Source of the DNA: an uncultured delta proteobacterium
Lineage (GTDB): Bacteria; Myxococcota; Myxococcia; Myxococcales; Myxococcaceae
DNA length: 64,000 bases
NCBI GenBank assembly: GCA_963776345.1
Contig: CAVZMH010000017.1
Coordinates: 64,001-128,000, forward strand
Reading direction: 5' to 3'
A program made the translations under genes and the position numbers. Positions 42,770 through 55,479 of the stretch are shown one piece after another. Under the pieces are notes generated by a model, which did not search any database, had not been told where the DNA came from, and worked only from the letters and a program-made list of their open reading frames with translations. Every line of letters begins with the position of its first letter. Position 1 is the first letter of the stretch.

Positions 42770-43003
42770 TCAGCCGACCTTGGTGGCGAGGAGGATGCTC
42801 ACCACGAGGCCGAACAGACCGACGCCTTCGATGAGCGCCGCGGCGATGAGCATGGTGGTCCGGATGTCGCCGGTGGCCGCCGGCTGACGGCCGGTGGCGT
42901 CGAGCGCGGAGGCGGCGAGGCGACCGATGCCGAGGCCCACGCCCAGCACGCAGAGGCCCGCGCCGATGCCAGCGGAGAGGAACGAATATGCGAGGTTGGT
43001 CAT
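42770..43003 (-). CDS. atpE: ATP synthase Fo subunit c
   Basis: G.GLGIG, RQP loop, ALIEG. Confidence 0.95.
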   Translation of the reverse strand: MTNLAYSFLSAGIGAGLCVLGVGLGIGRLAASALDATGRQPAATGDIRTTMLIAAALIEGVGLFGLVVSILLATKVG

Positions 43004-43115
43004 GACTTTCTGTTTCTAACTTTCGACGTCTGGACCCGCTTGTGGGGGGGTCATGGATGCCCTTTTGGACGACCTCCCGCGGACCGCATCCGGCCGCGGG
43101 GTTCTTTCGAAATCG

Positions 43116-44138
43116 TCACCCGGCGTCGTGCGCCTCGCCGTGCTCCTGGTGGGCGTGCTCCTCGTGGTGGCCCATCGCCACCCCCATCCCGATGAAGAGC
43201 GCCGAGAGCATCACGAAGATGTACGCCTGCAGGAAGGCCACGAAGAGCTCGAGCAGGTAGATGAAGATGGCGAACGGCACCGCCACCACCGACACCGCGA
43301 CGTGGCCGATGATGAAGATCAGCCCCAGGAGGCTGAAGAGCACGATGTGCCCGGCCAGCATGTTGGCGAAGAGCCGGAGCATCAGCGCGAACGGCTTGGT
43401 GAAGAGACCCAGGATCTCCACCGGCACCATGATCGGCCAGATCCACCAGGGAGCCCCGCCGGTCATGTGCTTGAGGTAGCCGAACACGCCCACCGCCTTC
43501 ACGCTGGCGAACTGGGTGAGGACGAAGGTGCAGAGCGCGAGCGCCATCGTCACCCCGAGATTGCCGGTGGCGGTCGAGGCCCAGGGCACCAGACCCAGGA
43601 GGTTCAGGGTGAGGATGAAGAAGAACACCGAGAGGAGGTACGGCGTGTAGCGCGGCCCCTCCTCCTTGCCGATGTTGGGGATGGCGATCTCGTTGCGGAC
43701 GAAGACCACCAGCATCTCGAGCACGTTCTGCCGCGGCCCGTGCGGCACCGGCTGCTTCGGATTCCGGTTGGCGCCGAAGGCGAACAGGAGCACCACCAGC
43801 GCCGCGCCCACCATCATCCAGAAGGAGTGCTTGGTGAAGGTGATGTCCAGGCACCCCGCGCCCAGGCTCGCCGGCGTCTCCGGATCCGCCGGGCAGGCGC
43901 CCGCCTTGAACGGGATGCGCCACACCGGGAAGTGGATGAAGTACTCCTTGTCGGAGAGCGGGACCTGGAAGCCGACCTCGGGCGAGTCGGCCACGTGCTC
44001 GAGGATGTACGTCGAGGTGTCGACCTTCTCCTCGTGGGCGCCTGCCGCGGGCTCGGCCTCGTGCGCGGGCGCATGGCCCTCCTGGGCCCTCGCGGCCAGC
44101 GACACTGCCAGCACTGCGCACCACAGCCACCGCCGCAT
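43116..44138 (-). CDS. atpB: ATP synthase Fo subunit a
   Basis: NLLGLVP, KPFAL.LRLFANMLAGH, ELFVAFLQAYIF. Confidence 0.95.
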   Translation of the reverse strand: MRRWLWCAVLAVSLAARAQEGHAPAHEAEPAAGAHEEKVDTSTYILEHVADSPEVGFQVPLSDKEYFIHFPVWRIPFKAGACPADPETPASLGAGCLDITFTKHSFWMMVGAALVVLLFAFGANRNPKQPVPHGPRQNVLEMLVVFVRNEIAIPNIGKEEGPRYTPYLLSVFFFILTLNLLGLVPWASTATGNLGVTMALALCTFVLTQFASVKAVGVFGYLKHMTGGAPWWIWPIMVPVEILGLFTKPFALMLRLFANMLAGHIVLFSLLGLIFIIGHVAVSVVAVPFAIFIYLLELFVAFLQAYIFVMLSALFIGMGVAMGHHEEHAHQEHGEAHDAG

Positions 44139-44494
44139 CACGTCACTCCCCGCCGCTGGGCCCTCGCGGCGACCAGCACGTACGTCATTTCCAGGCACAG
44201 GGCCACCACGAACAGCCCGAAGAACGCGAGGGTGTAGGCCCCCACGTCGTCGTGCCGGGCCCGCACCCACCGGTACCCGCCGAACCACGCCCCGAGCCGC
44301 AGCACCAGCCCCGCCACGCTCGCCCCCAGCGCCACCTTGATGCTGCGCCGGACCGCGATGGACTTCCCCACCAGCACCACCGCGCTGGCCAGCACCGAGG
44401 CGACCACGCCCGCCCGGGTCGCCGGCGTCCGCGTCGCCCACCACCCCACCGCGCCGATCAGGGCCAGCGCTCCCAGGAACCCGAGCAGCCTCAT
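44138..44494 (-). CDS. ATP synthase protein I-like membrane protein
   Basis: Four hydrophobic segments; immediately upstream of atpB. Confidence 0.65.
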   Translation of the reverse strand: MRLLGFLGALALIGAVGWWATRTPATRAGVVASVLASAVVLVGKSIAVRRSIKVALGASVAGLVLRLGAWFGGYRWVRARHDDVGAYTLAFFGLFVVALCLEMTYVLVAARAQRRGVT

Positions 44495-44745
44495 CGCTTC
44501 TTCATCGCGTTCAGGCCCTGGATGAGCCCGTAGAAGCCCGCGCCCATCCCCACGAACAGGCCGACGATCAGCCCCCAGGGCGAGCTGTGGAGCTTGCCGT
44601 CCACCAGCCAGCCCGCGCCGCCGCCCACCAGCACCCCGCCGACGACCCTCCAGACCGCGTTGATGTACGGCGCCGCCGCCCGCTGCGCGCGGGCCTCGGG
44701 GCTGAGCTCGCTCCCGTCCGACTCGTCTTTGCCACCGTCTTCCAA
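44491..44745 (-). CDS. AtpZ/AtpI (gene 1) family protein
   Basis: GWLVDGKLHSSPWGLIVGLFVG..AGF; TTG start inferred. Confidence 0.8.
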   Translation of the reverse strand: MEDGGKDESDGSELSPEARAQRAAAPYINAVWRVVGGVLVGGGAGWLVDGKLHSSPWGLIVGLFVGMGAGFYGLIQGLNAMKKR

Positions 44746-44828
44746 AGAAGCCGGCGCGCGTGTAGCACCGGGGGGTTGGTCGCGCAACAGCGCAGGATGA
44801 CGGGGTCTTCTGGCGTCCGGGACCGCGG

Positions 44829-46112
44829 CTACAGCGCCCGGAACGCGTGCCTGGCGGCGGCCAGCGTGTGCTCGACCTCGCGCTCGCCCATGGCCAGGGA
44901 GACGAAGGCCGCCTCGAACTGGCTCGGGGGCAGGTAGACCCCCCGGTCGAGGAGCGCGTGGAAGAAGTTGCCGAACTTCTTCACGTCGGCGCGCTTGGCG
45001 CTCGGGTAGTCGAACACCGGCCCCTCGGCGAAGAAGAGCGTCCACATGCTGCCCACCCGGTTCAGCGTCACCGGAACGCCGGCCGCGCGAGCCTCGGCCA
45101 CGAGCCCGTCGGTGAGGCCACGGGAGATGCTCTCCAGCTTCTCGTAGACCCCGGGCTCCCCGAGCGCGTGGAGGCACGCCAGCCCCGCGGCCACCGCCAG
45201 CGGATTCCCGGACAGCGTGCCCGCCTGGTACACGGGGCCGGCCGGGGCGACCGTCTCCATGATGGCGCGGACGCCGCCGTAGGCGCCCACCGGCAGACCG
45301 CCACCGATCACCTTGCCCATGCAGGTGAGGTCCGGGCCGAGCCCGAACAGCTCCTGGGCGCCGCCCTTCGCCAGCCGGAAGCCGGTCATCACCTCGTCGA
45401 AGATCAGGAGCGCCCCGTGCCCGCGGCACAGCTCGACGAGGCCCTCGAGGAAGCCGGCGCGGGGGATGAGGACGCCCATGTTCCCCACCACCGGCTCGAC
45501 AATGACCGCGGCGATGTCCTTGCCCCGGCGCGCGAAGAGCGCCCGGGCCGCCGCCAGGTCGTTGTACGGAAGGGTCAAGGTCAGCGCGGCGAGCTCCTTC
45601 GGGACCCCCGGCGAGTCGGGCAGACCGAGCGTCTCGACCCCGCTCCCCGCCTTGACCAGGAAGGGGTCGCCGGCGCCGTGGTAGCAGCCCTCGAACTTCA
45701 CCAGCACCTCGCGGCCGGTGTACGCACGGGCCACGCGCAGCGCGGCGAGGGTCGCCTCGGTGCCGGACGAGGTGAGGCGCACCTCCTCGACCGCCGGCAT
45801 GCGCTGGCAGATCAGCTCGGCCAGCTCGACCTCTCCGGCGTGCGGCGCCCCGAAGCTGGTGCCCGAGCGGGTGGCCGCAGTGACCGCGGCGACGATGGAT
45901 GGGTCAGCGTGGCCGAGGATGAGCGGACCCCAGCTCCCCACGTGATCGACGTAGCGGTTGCCGTCCACGTCCGTCAGCCAGGCTCCGCGGCCCTCGCGGA
46001 AGAAGACCGGCGTGCCACCCACGCCGCGGAAGGCGCGGACCGGCGAATTCACCCCTCCGGGGATGACCCGCCGGGCGCGGTCGAAGAGGCGCTGGCTGCC
46101 GGCTCGCTCCAT
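44829..46112 (-). CDS. hemL: Glutamate-1-semialdehyde 2,1-aminomutase
   Basis: PGGVNSPVRAF, SGTEAT, FDEVMTGFR, GKVIGGG, YQAGTLSGNP. Confidence 0.96.
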   Translation of the reverse strand: MERAGSQRLFDRARRVIPGGVNSPVRAFRGVGGTPVFFREGRGAWLTDVDGNRYVDHVGSWGPLILGHADPSIVAAVTAATRSGTSFGAPHAGEVELAELICQRMPAVEEVRLTSSGTEATLAALRVARAYTGREVLVKFEGCYHGAGDPFLVKAGSGVETLGLPDSPGVPKELAALTLTLPYNDLAAARALFARRGKDIAAVIVEPVVGNMGVLIPRAGFLEGLVELCRGHGALLIFDEVMTGFRLAKGGAQELFGLGPDLTCMGKVIGGGLPVGAYGGVRAIMETVAPAGPVYQAGTLSGNPLAVAAGLACLHALGEPGVYEKLESISRGLTDGLVAEARAAGVPVTLNRVGSMWTLFFAEGPVFDYPSAKRADVKKFGNFFHALLDRGVYLPPSQFEAAFVSLAMGEREVEHTLAAARHAFRAL

Positions 46113-46114
46113 GC

Positions 46115-46969
46115 TCAGAGGTCCAGGGTCTCGTGGAGCTGCAGCGGCTGGTACTTCAGTAACAGATCCTTGGCCTTGAGCGCGGCGGCGAACTGCGCCG
46201 GCGTGCCGGTCAGGACGGGGAAGGTGGCGTAGTGCATGGCGGCGACCTTCGCCGGCTGCGCGAGCATCACGGCCTCGACGGCGCGCTCCGGGCCCATGGT
46301 GAAGTGATCGCCGATGCAGGCCAGCATCAGGGTGATCTTCATCGAGCGGAGCAGCTGCATGTCGGTGAACACGTCGGTGTCACCGGTGTGGTAGAGCGTC
46401 GGCCCGTTGCGGACGGCGATGACGAAGCCCATCGGGTTTCCCGCCGCGTACCCGACCTCGCCACCCTTCTCCTTCACCGTCACCGACGAGCCGTGGATGG
46501 CGTTGACGAAGGTGACCTTCACCTCGCCGTCGAAGAAGCTGAGCGTCCCGCCCACGTTCCCCAGCGTGTCGAACCCCATCTGGTCCGCCGGGTACCCGAG
46601 GTACCGCACGTAGGCCTGGGCCTGGTCGAGGCTGGTCACCAGGCGGGCCTTGGTCTTCCGGGCGATCTCCACCGCGTCGCCGACGTGGTCCGAGTGCCCG
46701 TGCGAGATGAGGATCAGGTCGACCTTCTTGAAATCCGCCAGATCCTGCTTTCCGCTGGGGTTCACCGGGTTGGTGATCCACGGGTCGATGAGGAGGACCT
46801 TGCCGGACGGGGTGACGAGCTTGAACGCGGCCTGGCCGTACCAGGTGAGCTGAGTCTTGGGGGCTCCGGCGATCTGTGGCGGCACGGAGGACGATGCACT
46901 CTGCGCGGCGGCGGCGAGCGAGGTGCAGGAGAGCAGGACGGTGAACACGCGGGCCAGGTGTCGCTTCAA
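46115..46969 (-). CDS. Secreted metallo-beta-lactamase-fold hydrolase (UPF0173-like)
   Basis: LIDPW, SHGHSDH, AIHGS, YHTGDT, MHY.TFP; signal-peptide-like N-terminus. Confidence 0.85.
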   Translation of the reverse strand: MKRHLARVFTVLLSCTSLAAAAQSASSSVPPQIAGAPKTQLTWYGQAAFKLVTPSGKVLLIDPWITNPVNPSGKQDLADFKKVDLILISHGHSDHVGDAVEIARKTKARLVTSLDQAQAYVRYLGYPADQMGFDTLGNVGGTLSFFDGEVKVTFVNAIHGSSVTVKEKGGEVGYAAGNPMGFVIAVRNGPTLYHTGDTDVFTDMQLLRSMKITLMLACIGDHFTMGPERAVEAVMLAQPAKVAAMHYATFPVLTGTPAQFAAALKAKDLLLKYQPLQLHETLDL

Positions 46970-47079
46970 GGCGCTCCTCCGGGTCGGGGTCGGCGTTGAA
47001 CGGCTCGGGCCCCCATAACAGAACCGGGCCATCCGCGGCTCGAACAGCGTCGCATGAGGTCGCCGAGAAGACGCCCGGA

Positions 47080-47170
47080 GCCGCGCGCCTGCTTCCGGGC
47101 TCAGTCCCCCGCACCAGGGGGACGCCGGTCGAAGCGCGCCGCCGCGCGCCTGCTTCCGGGCTCAGTCCCC
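47080..47170. repeat. Exact 30-bp direct repeat (2 copies, period 61)
   Basis: GCCGCGCGCCTGCTTCCGGGCTCAGTCCCC at 47080-47109 and 47141-47170. Confidence 0.85.
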
Positions 47171-48085
47171 GTGCTCTTTTGCCGCCTGCTCCGCCGTTCC
47201 GCCCGCCGCCTCGAGCGAGGTGCGAGCCTGCACCACCCGGTGGGGCTCGGGGCGCTGGAACGCCTCGCGGGCGCCGACTCCCCGGGGCGTCGTCGCGGCG
47301 ATGCGCTTCCGGGTCCGGGCGATCGCGCTCTGGACCACCTGGGGATCCGGGTGTCGTTCCAGGGCCTGCACCCAGGCCTGGATGGCCCCGGCGTCGTCGC
47401 CCGATTCACCCCGGAGCTTGCCCAGCTCGAACAGCGCGTGAGGGACGAGCTCCGAGGCAGGGAACCCCTCGATCAGCGTGGCGTAGGCCTTCATCGCCTC
47501 GCCCCGCATCCCCTCGCGCATGGAGAGCGACTGGCCCACCAGCATCCACCCGTCGTCGACCAGCGGGCTCGCGGGGAACTTCTGGATCAGCGTCCGCGCC
47601 TCGAGCTCCGACTGCTGGTAGTCCCCGAGCTCGAAGTAGAGCTTGGCCACCTGGTGGCGGAGGTCGGGCGCCGTCGGCGGGTCCCGGGCGAGCGCGGCGG
47701 TGAGCTCGGAGATGGCGCCGCGGAGGTCCCGATAGTGCGACTCGAGGATCCCGGCGAGCACCACGTGGGCCTCGGCGCTCTCCGGCGCGTCGGGGACCTG
47801 CGCCACCAGCTCCCGGTAGACGCTGACCGCCTTCGGGACGTCGTGCAGCTCGAGCCAGTAGACGTCCGCCGCACCGCGCAGCGCTCCGGCCCGGACGCGG
47901 GCGGCCTCGGGTCCCTCGGACTTCTCGACCCTGTCCAGCGCGAGGCGGTACTCGCGGAGCGCGGCCTGGGGCTTCCGGGCGTAGACCAGCTCGCGGGCGC
48001 GGGCGAGGTGCTCCGGGCCGGAGCGGGAGCAGCCGGCGGAGGCCACGAGCAGGACGGCTACTGCGAGCAGGCGTACTTCACGCAC
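47162..48085 (-). CDS. TPR-repeat lipoprotein (BamD/CpoB-like)
   Basis: Lipobox SAGC; repeated helical motifs such as LIQKFPASPL and LIEGFPASEL. Confidence 0.8.
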   Translation of the reverse strand: MREVRLLAVAVLLVASAGCSRSGPEHLARARELVYARKPQAALREYRLALDRVEKSEGPEAARVRAGALRGAADVYWLELHDVPKAVSVYRELVAQVPDAPESAEAHVVLAGILESHYRDLRGAISELTAALARDPPTAPDLRHQVAKLYFELGDYQQSELEARTLIQKFPASPLVDDGWMLVGQSLSMREGMRGEAMKAYATLIEGFPASELVPHALFELGKLRGESGDDAGAIQAWVQALERHPDPQVVQSAIARTRKRIAATTPRGVGAREAFQRPEPHRVVQARTSLEAAGGTAEQAAKEHGD

Positions 48086-48315
48086 AGGGTCTGCTCGCAG
48101 CGCACGCACGACTGGGTGGGCAGGTTCGGCTCTCCGGTGTCGGCACAGATGGCGACGCTCCCCGTCAGGGGACAGTCCTCCGGCCGCACGCAGCGGACCT
48201 GGCCTCCGTCGAGGCCCAGGATGGACGACGCGGTCGCCTTGCACGGGCCACCATCACAGCCCAGGAGGAGAGCACCGGCAAGCATTGCACCCTGGACCCG
48301 CCCGCGCAGTCGCAC
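48058..48315 (-). CDS. Small cysteine-rich lipoprotein
   Basis: Lipobox LLGC plus 8 further Cys in about 65 aa; overlaps the TPR gene start. Confidence 0.65.
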   Translation of the reverse strand: MRLRGRVQGAMLAGALLLGCDGGPCKATASSILGLDGGQVRCVRPEDCPLTGSVAICADTGEPNLPTQSCVRCEQTLCVKYACSQ

Positions 48316-48536
48316 CGCGCGTCACTTGAGCAGAAGCGGGTGCCGTTCTCCACACCCCCGGGCCGAGGTCCCGGCGGCGCGGACGTCAGGAGCTGGCCAA
48401 TTCGCTCGGGCCCGCGGTCGGTCGATGCTACACCGTCCGGTGCGCTGAGGTCGGTCCCCTCGGGCAGGCCGCCGGGCCGGGAAGGGAAAGCACGGAGTGC
48501 TGGAGGGGACCGACCCCACGCGATGTGCCTCGAGGC

Positions 48537-49283
48537 TCAGACCTTCGGCACGGCCCGGAGGATCGCCTTTCCGTCCTTCACGAAGACCCGGTACTCCACG
48601 TCGCGGACGTTGTGCCGCTGCAGCAGCTCGGGCACCTGCTTCTTGAGGCTGGCGGCGACCGCGTCGAACGAGAGCCGCGTGGTGTCCTCGTTGCAGCGTC
48701 GCTTCGCCTCCACGTAGGCGCGGTACACGCTCCGCAGCCGGTTCTCGGAGAGCGGCTCGGGCGGCGGCGTCCCGGCGATGTGAATCACCGGCTCGCGAGC
48801 CTCGGGCGGAGGAGACGGTGGGGACCCGGGCTGCGCTGCAGGGCCCGACTTGCCGGGCGCGGGCTGCCTGGCGGCGGTGGCGGAGTCCGGCGGGGGCGCC
48901 GCGGGCACCTCGGGCTTCGAGCTTCGCCGCCGCCGGGCCTTGTAGACGTCGCGCCGGTACGTCCCGTCCTCCATCTCCTTGAGCGTCCGGGCCCAGAGCC
49001 GCTCGTAGGTGGCGGCCGTGGCCTGCAACGACTGGATCCGGAACGAGAGGGCCGAGTTCCGCGACGGCACCGTCTTCAGTGCCTCCAGCCGCTTCTTGAA
49101 CTGCTCGTGCGCCTTCGTCGGCGGACGCTTCTCCATCCCCAGGAAGAACTGCTCGTACTGGCCCCGGAGCGCGTGGAGGAGCGCCTCGACCGAGTCGACC
49201 TCCTGGGCCACCTGCGCCCAGTTCGACGCGGCGGCGGCGGCGCTCGCCTTGGCTCGGTCCTCGGGGCGCGGCGGGGGGGGCAT
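48537..49283 (-). CDS. Myxobacterial hypothetical protein (MXAN_5187 C-terminal-like domain)
   Basis: YEQFFLGMEKRPP...W.RTLKEMEDGTY; ends V.YRVFVKDGKAILRA.PK. Confidence 0.7.
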   Translation of the reverse strand: MPPPPRPEDRAKASAAAAASNWAQVAQEVDSVEALLHALRGQYEQFFLGMEKRPPTKAHEQFKKRLEALKTVPSRNSALSFRIQSLQATAATYERLWARTLKEMEDGTYRRDVYKARRRRSSKPEVPAAPPPDSATAARQPAPGKSGPAAQPGSPPSPPPEAREPVIHIAGTPPPEPLSENRLRSVYRAYVEAKRRCNEDTTRLSFDAVAASLKKQVPELLQRHNVRDVEYRVFVKDGKAILRAVPKV

Positions 49284-49352
49284 CGGCAGCCCCAGGATTT
49301 CAAGTCAGGCGCGCGCGGCGCAAGTCGGCGCAGGTGGGCGCCTGTGGAACCC

Positions 49353-50618
49353 TCAGGCCGGCTGCGCGCCCGAGGCCGAGGGCAGCTCGCGGCTCGCGGA
49401 CGACCGGCGGACCAGCAGCGTCACGCCCAGGGCGAACATGACCAGCGAGATGAGCTGGCTGGTGGAGATGTTCCACCAGGCGTCGAGCGGCACCTGCTCG
49501 ATGAGCTTGTGCAGGGTGCCCCGCTCGAAGTCGCCCCGGAACAGCTCCACCGTGGTCCGGATGATGGAGTAGCCGATGAGGTACAGCGCGAGGATCTGCC
49601 CGTGGAACCGGCGGTAGCGGCGGGCGATCATCAGGGCCACGAAGAGCAGCAGCTGGGCCAGCGACTCGTAGAGCTGGGTGGGGTGGATCGGCAAGGTGGT
49701 CCCGTGCTGGGCGACCCAGTCGCCGATCCGGATGGCGCCGGGCACGGGGTGGTCGAACACCTGTCCGGTGGACTCGATGACCCAGCGATGGAGCTCCTCC
49801 GCCTGGCTGCTCCAGGCGATGGCGCCCGAGGTGTGCTGGCCGAAGATGTCGAGCGCCCGGGAGGCGCCCGGGAAGCGCACCGCCCAGGGGAGGTGGAGGG
49901 AGGCCGGCTTCCCCCAGCAGCACCCGGCGGAGAAGCACCCCAGGCGCCCGAACGCCTGGCCCAGCGCCACCGTGGGAGCGATGACGTCGGCGAGGCGCAG
50001 GAAGGGGATCTTCCGCTCGCGGCAGAACCACCACACCGCCGCCGTCGCGCCGATGAACCCGCCGTAGAAGACGAACCCGCCCCCCAGCGCGCCGACGAGC
50101 CGCGACGGGTCCCTGAACGCGTGGGACAGCCCGTCGAGGAAGTCCTTCGGGGTGACCAGGATGAAGAGGATCTTCGAGCCGACGAAGGCGCTGACCACCA
50201 CCCAGACCGCCAGGTCCATCACGTCGTTGCGACGGCGCACTCCCTCGGCACCGCCCCACTCGCGCTCGGCGAGCCGGGCGGAGACCATGATCGCCGCCAC
50301 GAACCCCGCCATCAGCATCAGTCCGTAGGTGTGAAGGGGAAGGCCCTCGCCCTTCCCCCCGAGGAAGGCCGCGGCCGGCAACGCGTAGTGCAGACCGAAG
50401 TAGAGGAAGACCGCGAAGAGCACGCCATAGATGGCGGCGCGCTGCGTCCGCTGCTGCCTGGTGGGCGGGAGCTCCTTGCCCGACTTCCGGTCGATGGAGC
50501 CGGGCGCGTTCCGCCACCCGGCCCACACCCCGTAGCCGAGGAGGAGCACCGCGAGCACGTAGGCCACCGCCTGGGCGAACGGGGTGTCGAAGCGGATCTG
50601 GATCAGCGTGGGCAGCAC
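49353..50618 (-). CDS. lgt: Prolipoprotein diacylglyceryl transferase
   Basis: HTYGLM, FYGG, GRLGCF..GCCWG, HPTQLYE, ELFRGD. Confidence 0.92.
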   Translation of the reverse strand: MLPTLIQIRFDTPFAQAVAYVLAVLLLGYGVWAGWRNAPGSIDRKSGKELPPTRQQRTQRAAIYGVLFAVFLYFGLHYALPAAAFLGGKGEGLPLHTYGLMLMAGFVAAIMVSARLAEREWGGAEGVRRRNDVMDLAVWVVVSAFVGSKILFILVTPKDFLDGLSHAFRDPSRLVGALGGGFVFYGGFIGATAAVWWFCRERKIPFLRLADVIAPTVALGQAFGRLGCFSAGCCWGKPASLHLPWAVRFPGASRALDIFGQHTSGAIAWSSQAEELHRWVIESTGQVFDHPVPGAIRIGDWVAQHGTTLPIHPTQLYESLAQLLLFVALMIARRYRRFHGQILALYLIGYSIIRTTVELFRGDFERGTLHKLIEQVPLDAWWNISTSQLISLVMFALGVTLLVRRSSASRELPSASGAQPA

Positions 50619-50631
50619 GGCGGAGCTCCTA

Positions 50632-51299
50632 TCAAACGGACGACGGCGCTGCCTTTCGCTCCCTCCGGACCATCCCGTCGACGAGCAGCAGGATGACCCC
50701 GACCACGATGGCGCTGTCGGCGACGTTGAAGGAGGGCCAGGTGTACGCGGTCTTCCAGTGCGCCTCGATGAAGTCGATGACGAACCCGCGCGACAGCCGG
50801 TCCACCCAGTTGCCCAGCGCGCCGCCGAGCACCAGCGGCAGGCCGATGAGCGCCCAGCGCTCCTCCTTCGCCCCGTTCAGCCGGAGGTAGTACAGGGTGA
50901 TGAGCAGCACCGCGCCGATGGAGACCAGGTGGAACAGCGGGCCGCGGGCGCCGGCGGGGAGCCTCCGGAAGAGCCCGAACGCCGCGCCCGGGTTCTCCGC
51001 GTAGCGCAGCATCAGGAAGTCCGGGCTGAACACGATGGGCCGCTTCGGCCGGAAGTGCAGCCCGTCCCAGCCCGGGGCCGGCGCCTCTCCATACAGCGCA
51101 CCGAGCCGGGCGCTCACCGTGGGCAGCGCGTCGAAGCGCGTGGTGAGGGCCGCCACCATCTCGTACTTCACCCACTGGTCCACCAGCACCAGGGCCAGCG
51201 CGCAGACGTAGAGGATGACCAGCTTGCGGACCAGCGCCGGGTCTCGCGCCAGGGCCCCCGGCGTGCGCGGGGCGACGACCTGCTCGACTCCGGGACCGG

Positions 51300-51303
<4 letters not shown>
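50632..51303 (-). CDS. lspA: Lipoprotein signal peptidase II
   Basis: DQWVK, ENPGAAFG, GGALGNWVDR, VIDFI, FNVADSAI. Confidence 0.93.
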
Positions 51304-54248
<2,945 letters not shown>

Positions 54249-54342
54249 GGCGGAGACGAGAGAGGAAAGCACGCTCGGCTAGCACCCTCCGTCGCTCCGC
54301 GCAAACCGCGGCTGGCAGGGGTGGTAGCGTCCGTTGCCCGCC

Positions 54343-55323
54343 GTGGCCCCCACGAGGAAACAGCGACCCAGGGCGCGCGAGCGCCGCACGCCGCAGCGGA
54401 CCGGTCCGGACGACCGCCGGGTGGTGGCCATCCTGAGCCGCAAGCGCTCGCTCTACTCCACCCGGCGACTGGTCGAGGCCATCCGTGCCCGCGGGCACCG
54501 GCCGCTGGTGCTGGACACCCTTCGCTGCAACCTGGTGCTGGCGGCGGGCGCCCCACGGATGGTGTTCCGGGGGGTGGAGCTGCGCGGGCTGGATGTGGTG
54601 ATTCCACGCATCGGCGCGTCCATCACCGCGTACGGCCTCGCCGTCGTCGAGCAGCTGGAGATGATGGGCGTCCCGGCACTGAACGCGGCGCAGGCCATCG
54701 CCCGGAGCCGGGACAAGCTGCGGTGCCTGCAGCAGCTCGCCCGGTCGGGGCTGCGCGTCCCCCGCACGGTGATGGCGCGCGACGCGAGCAACGTGCCGCG
54801 GCTGGTGGCCGAGGTGGGCGGCCTGCCGGCCATCGTGAAGCTGCTCCGCGGGACGCAAGGGGTGGGCGTCATGCTCGCGTCCACGCTCCCGGAGCTCCAG
54901 GGAATCCTCGACACCTTCCAGGGCCTGGGACAGGAGTTCATCCTCCAGGAGTTCGTCGCCGAGTCCCGGGGCCGTGACCTCCGGGCGCTGGTGGTGGGTG
55001 GACGGGTGGTGGGCGCGATGCGGCGGCGCGCCAAGCGAGGAGAGTTCCGGAGCAACCTCCACCGGGGAGGACGGGGCCGGCCGGTGGAGCTCGCCCCCGC
55101 GTACGTGGAGGCGGCACTCCGGGCCACCTCGGTGGTGGGCCTCGAGGTCGCGGGGGTGGACCTGCTCGAGACCCACGACGGGCCGACGCTGCTCGAGGTG
55201 AATTCCAGCCCGGGGTTCGAGGGTCTGGAGCGGGCAACCGGGCTGGACGCGGCGGGCGCCATCGTCGACCGCGCGCTCGCGCTGTCCCGACCGCGGGATG
55301 TCGTGACGCGGCGCGCGCTCTAG
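54343..55323 (+). CDS. rimK: RimK-family ATP-grasp alpha-L-glutamate ligase
   Basis: LYSTRRL, VIPRIGASIT.YG, RSRDKLR, GTQGVGV, FRSNLHRGG, EVNSSPG.EG. Confidence 0.88.
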   Translation: MAPTRKQRPRARERRTPQRTGPDDRRVVAILSRKRSLYSTRRLVEAIRARGHRPLVLDTLRCNLVLAAGAPRMVFRGVELRGLDVVIPRIGASITAYGLAVVEQLEMMGVPALNAAQAIARSRDKLRCLQQLARSGLRVPRTVMARDASNVPRLVAEVGGLPAIVKLLRGTQGVGVMLASTLPELQGILDTFQGLGQEFILQEFVAESRGRDLRALVVGGRVVGAMRRRAKRGEFRSNLHRGGRGRPVELAPAYVEAALRATSVVGLEVAGVDLLETHDGPTLLEVNSSPGFEGLERATGLDAAGAIVDRALALSRPRDVVTRRAL

Positions 55324-55479
55324 CTCGCCACCGTCCAGGCGAGCGTGGCGTCCAGTCCAGGTGTGTGCGCCAGCCGCACCGATGGCGGGCCCGCCTGGAC
55401 GCTCTGCGACGGGGCGCCGACGACACCGTTGTCGTCCCACGGTCGCCTTCTCTACAGTTCGGTCTCTTCCGCCCAAAAG

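Noticed and set aside
47080..47170. Mini-CRISPR (30-bp repeats, 31-bp spacer)
   Set aside because: There are only two repeats, one overlapping a stop codon, with no cas genes or AT-rich leader.
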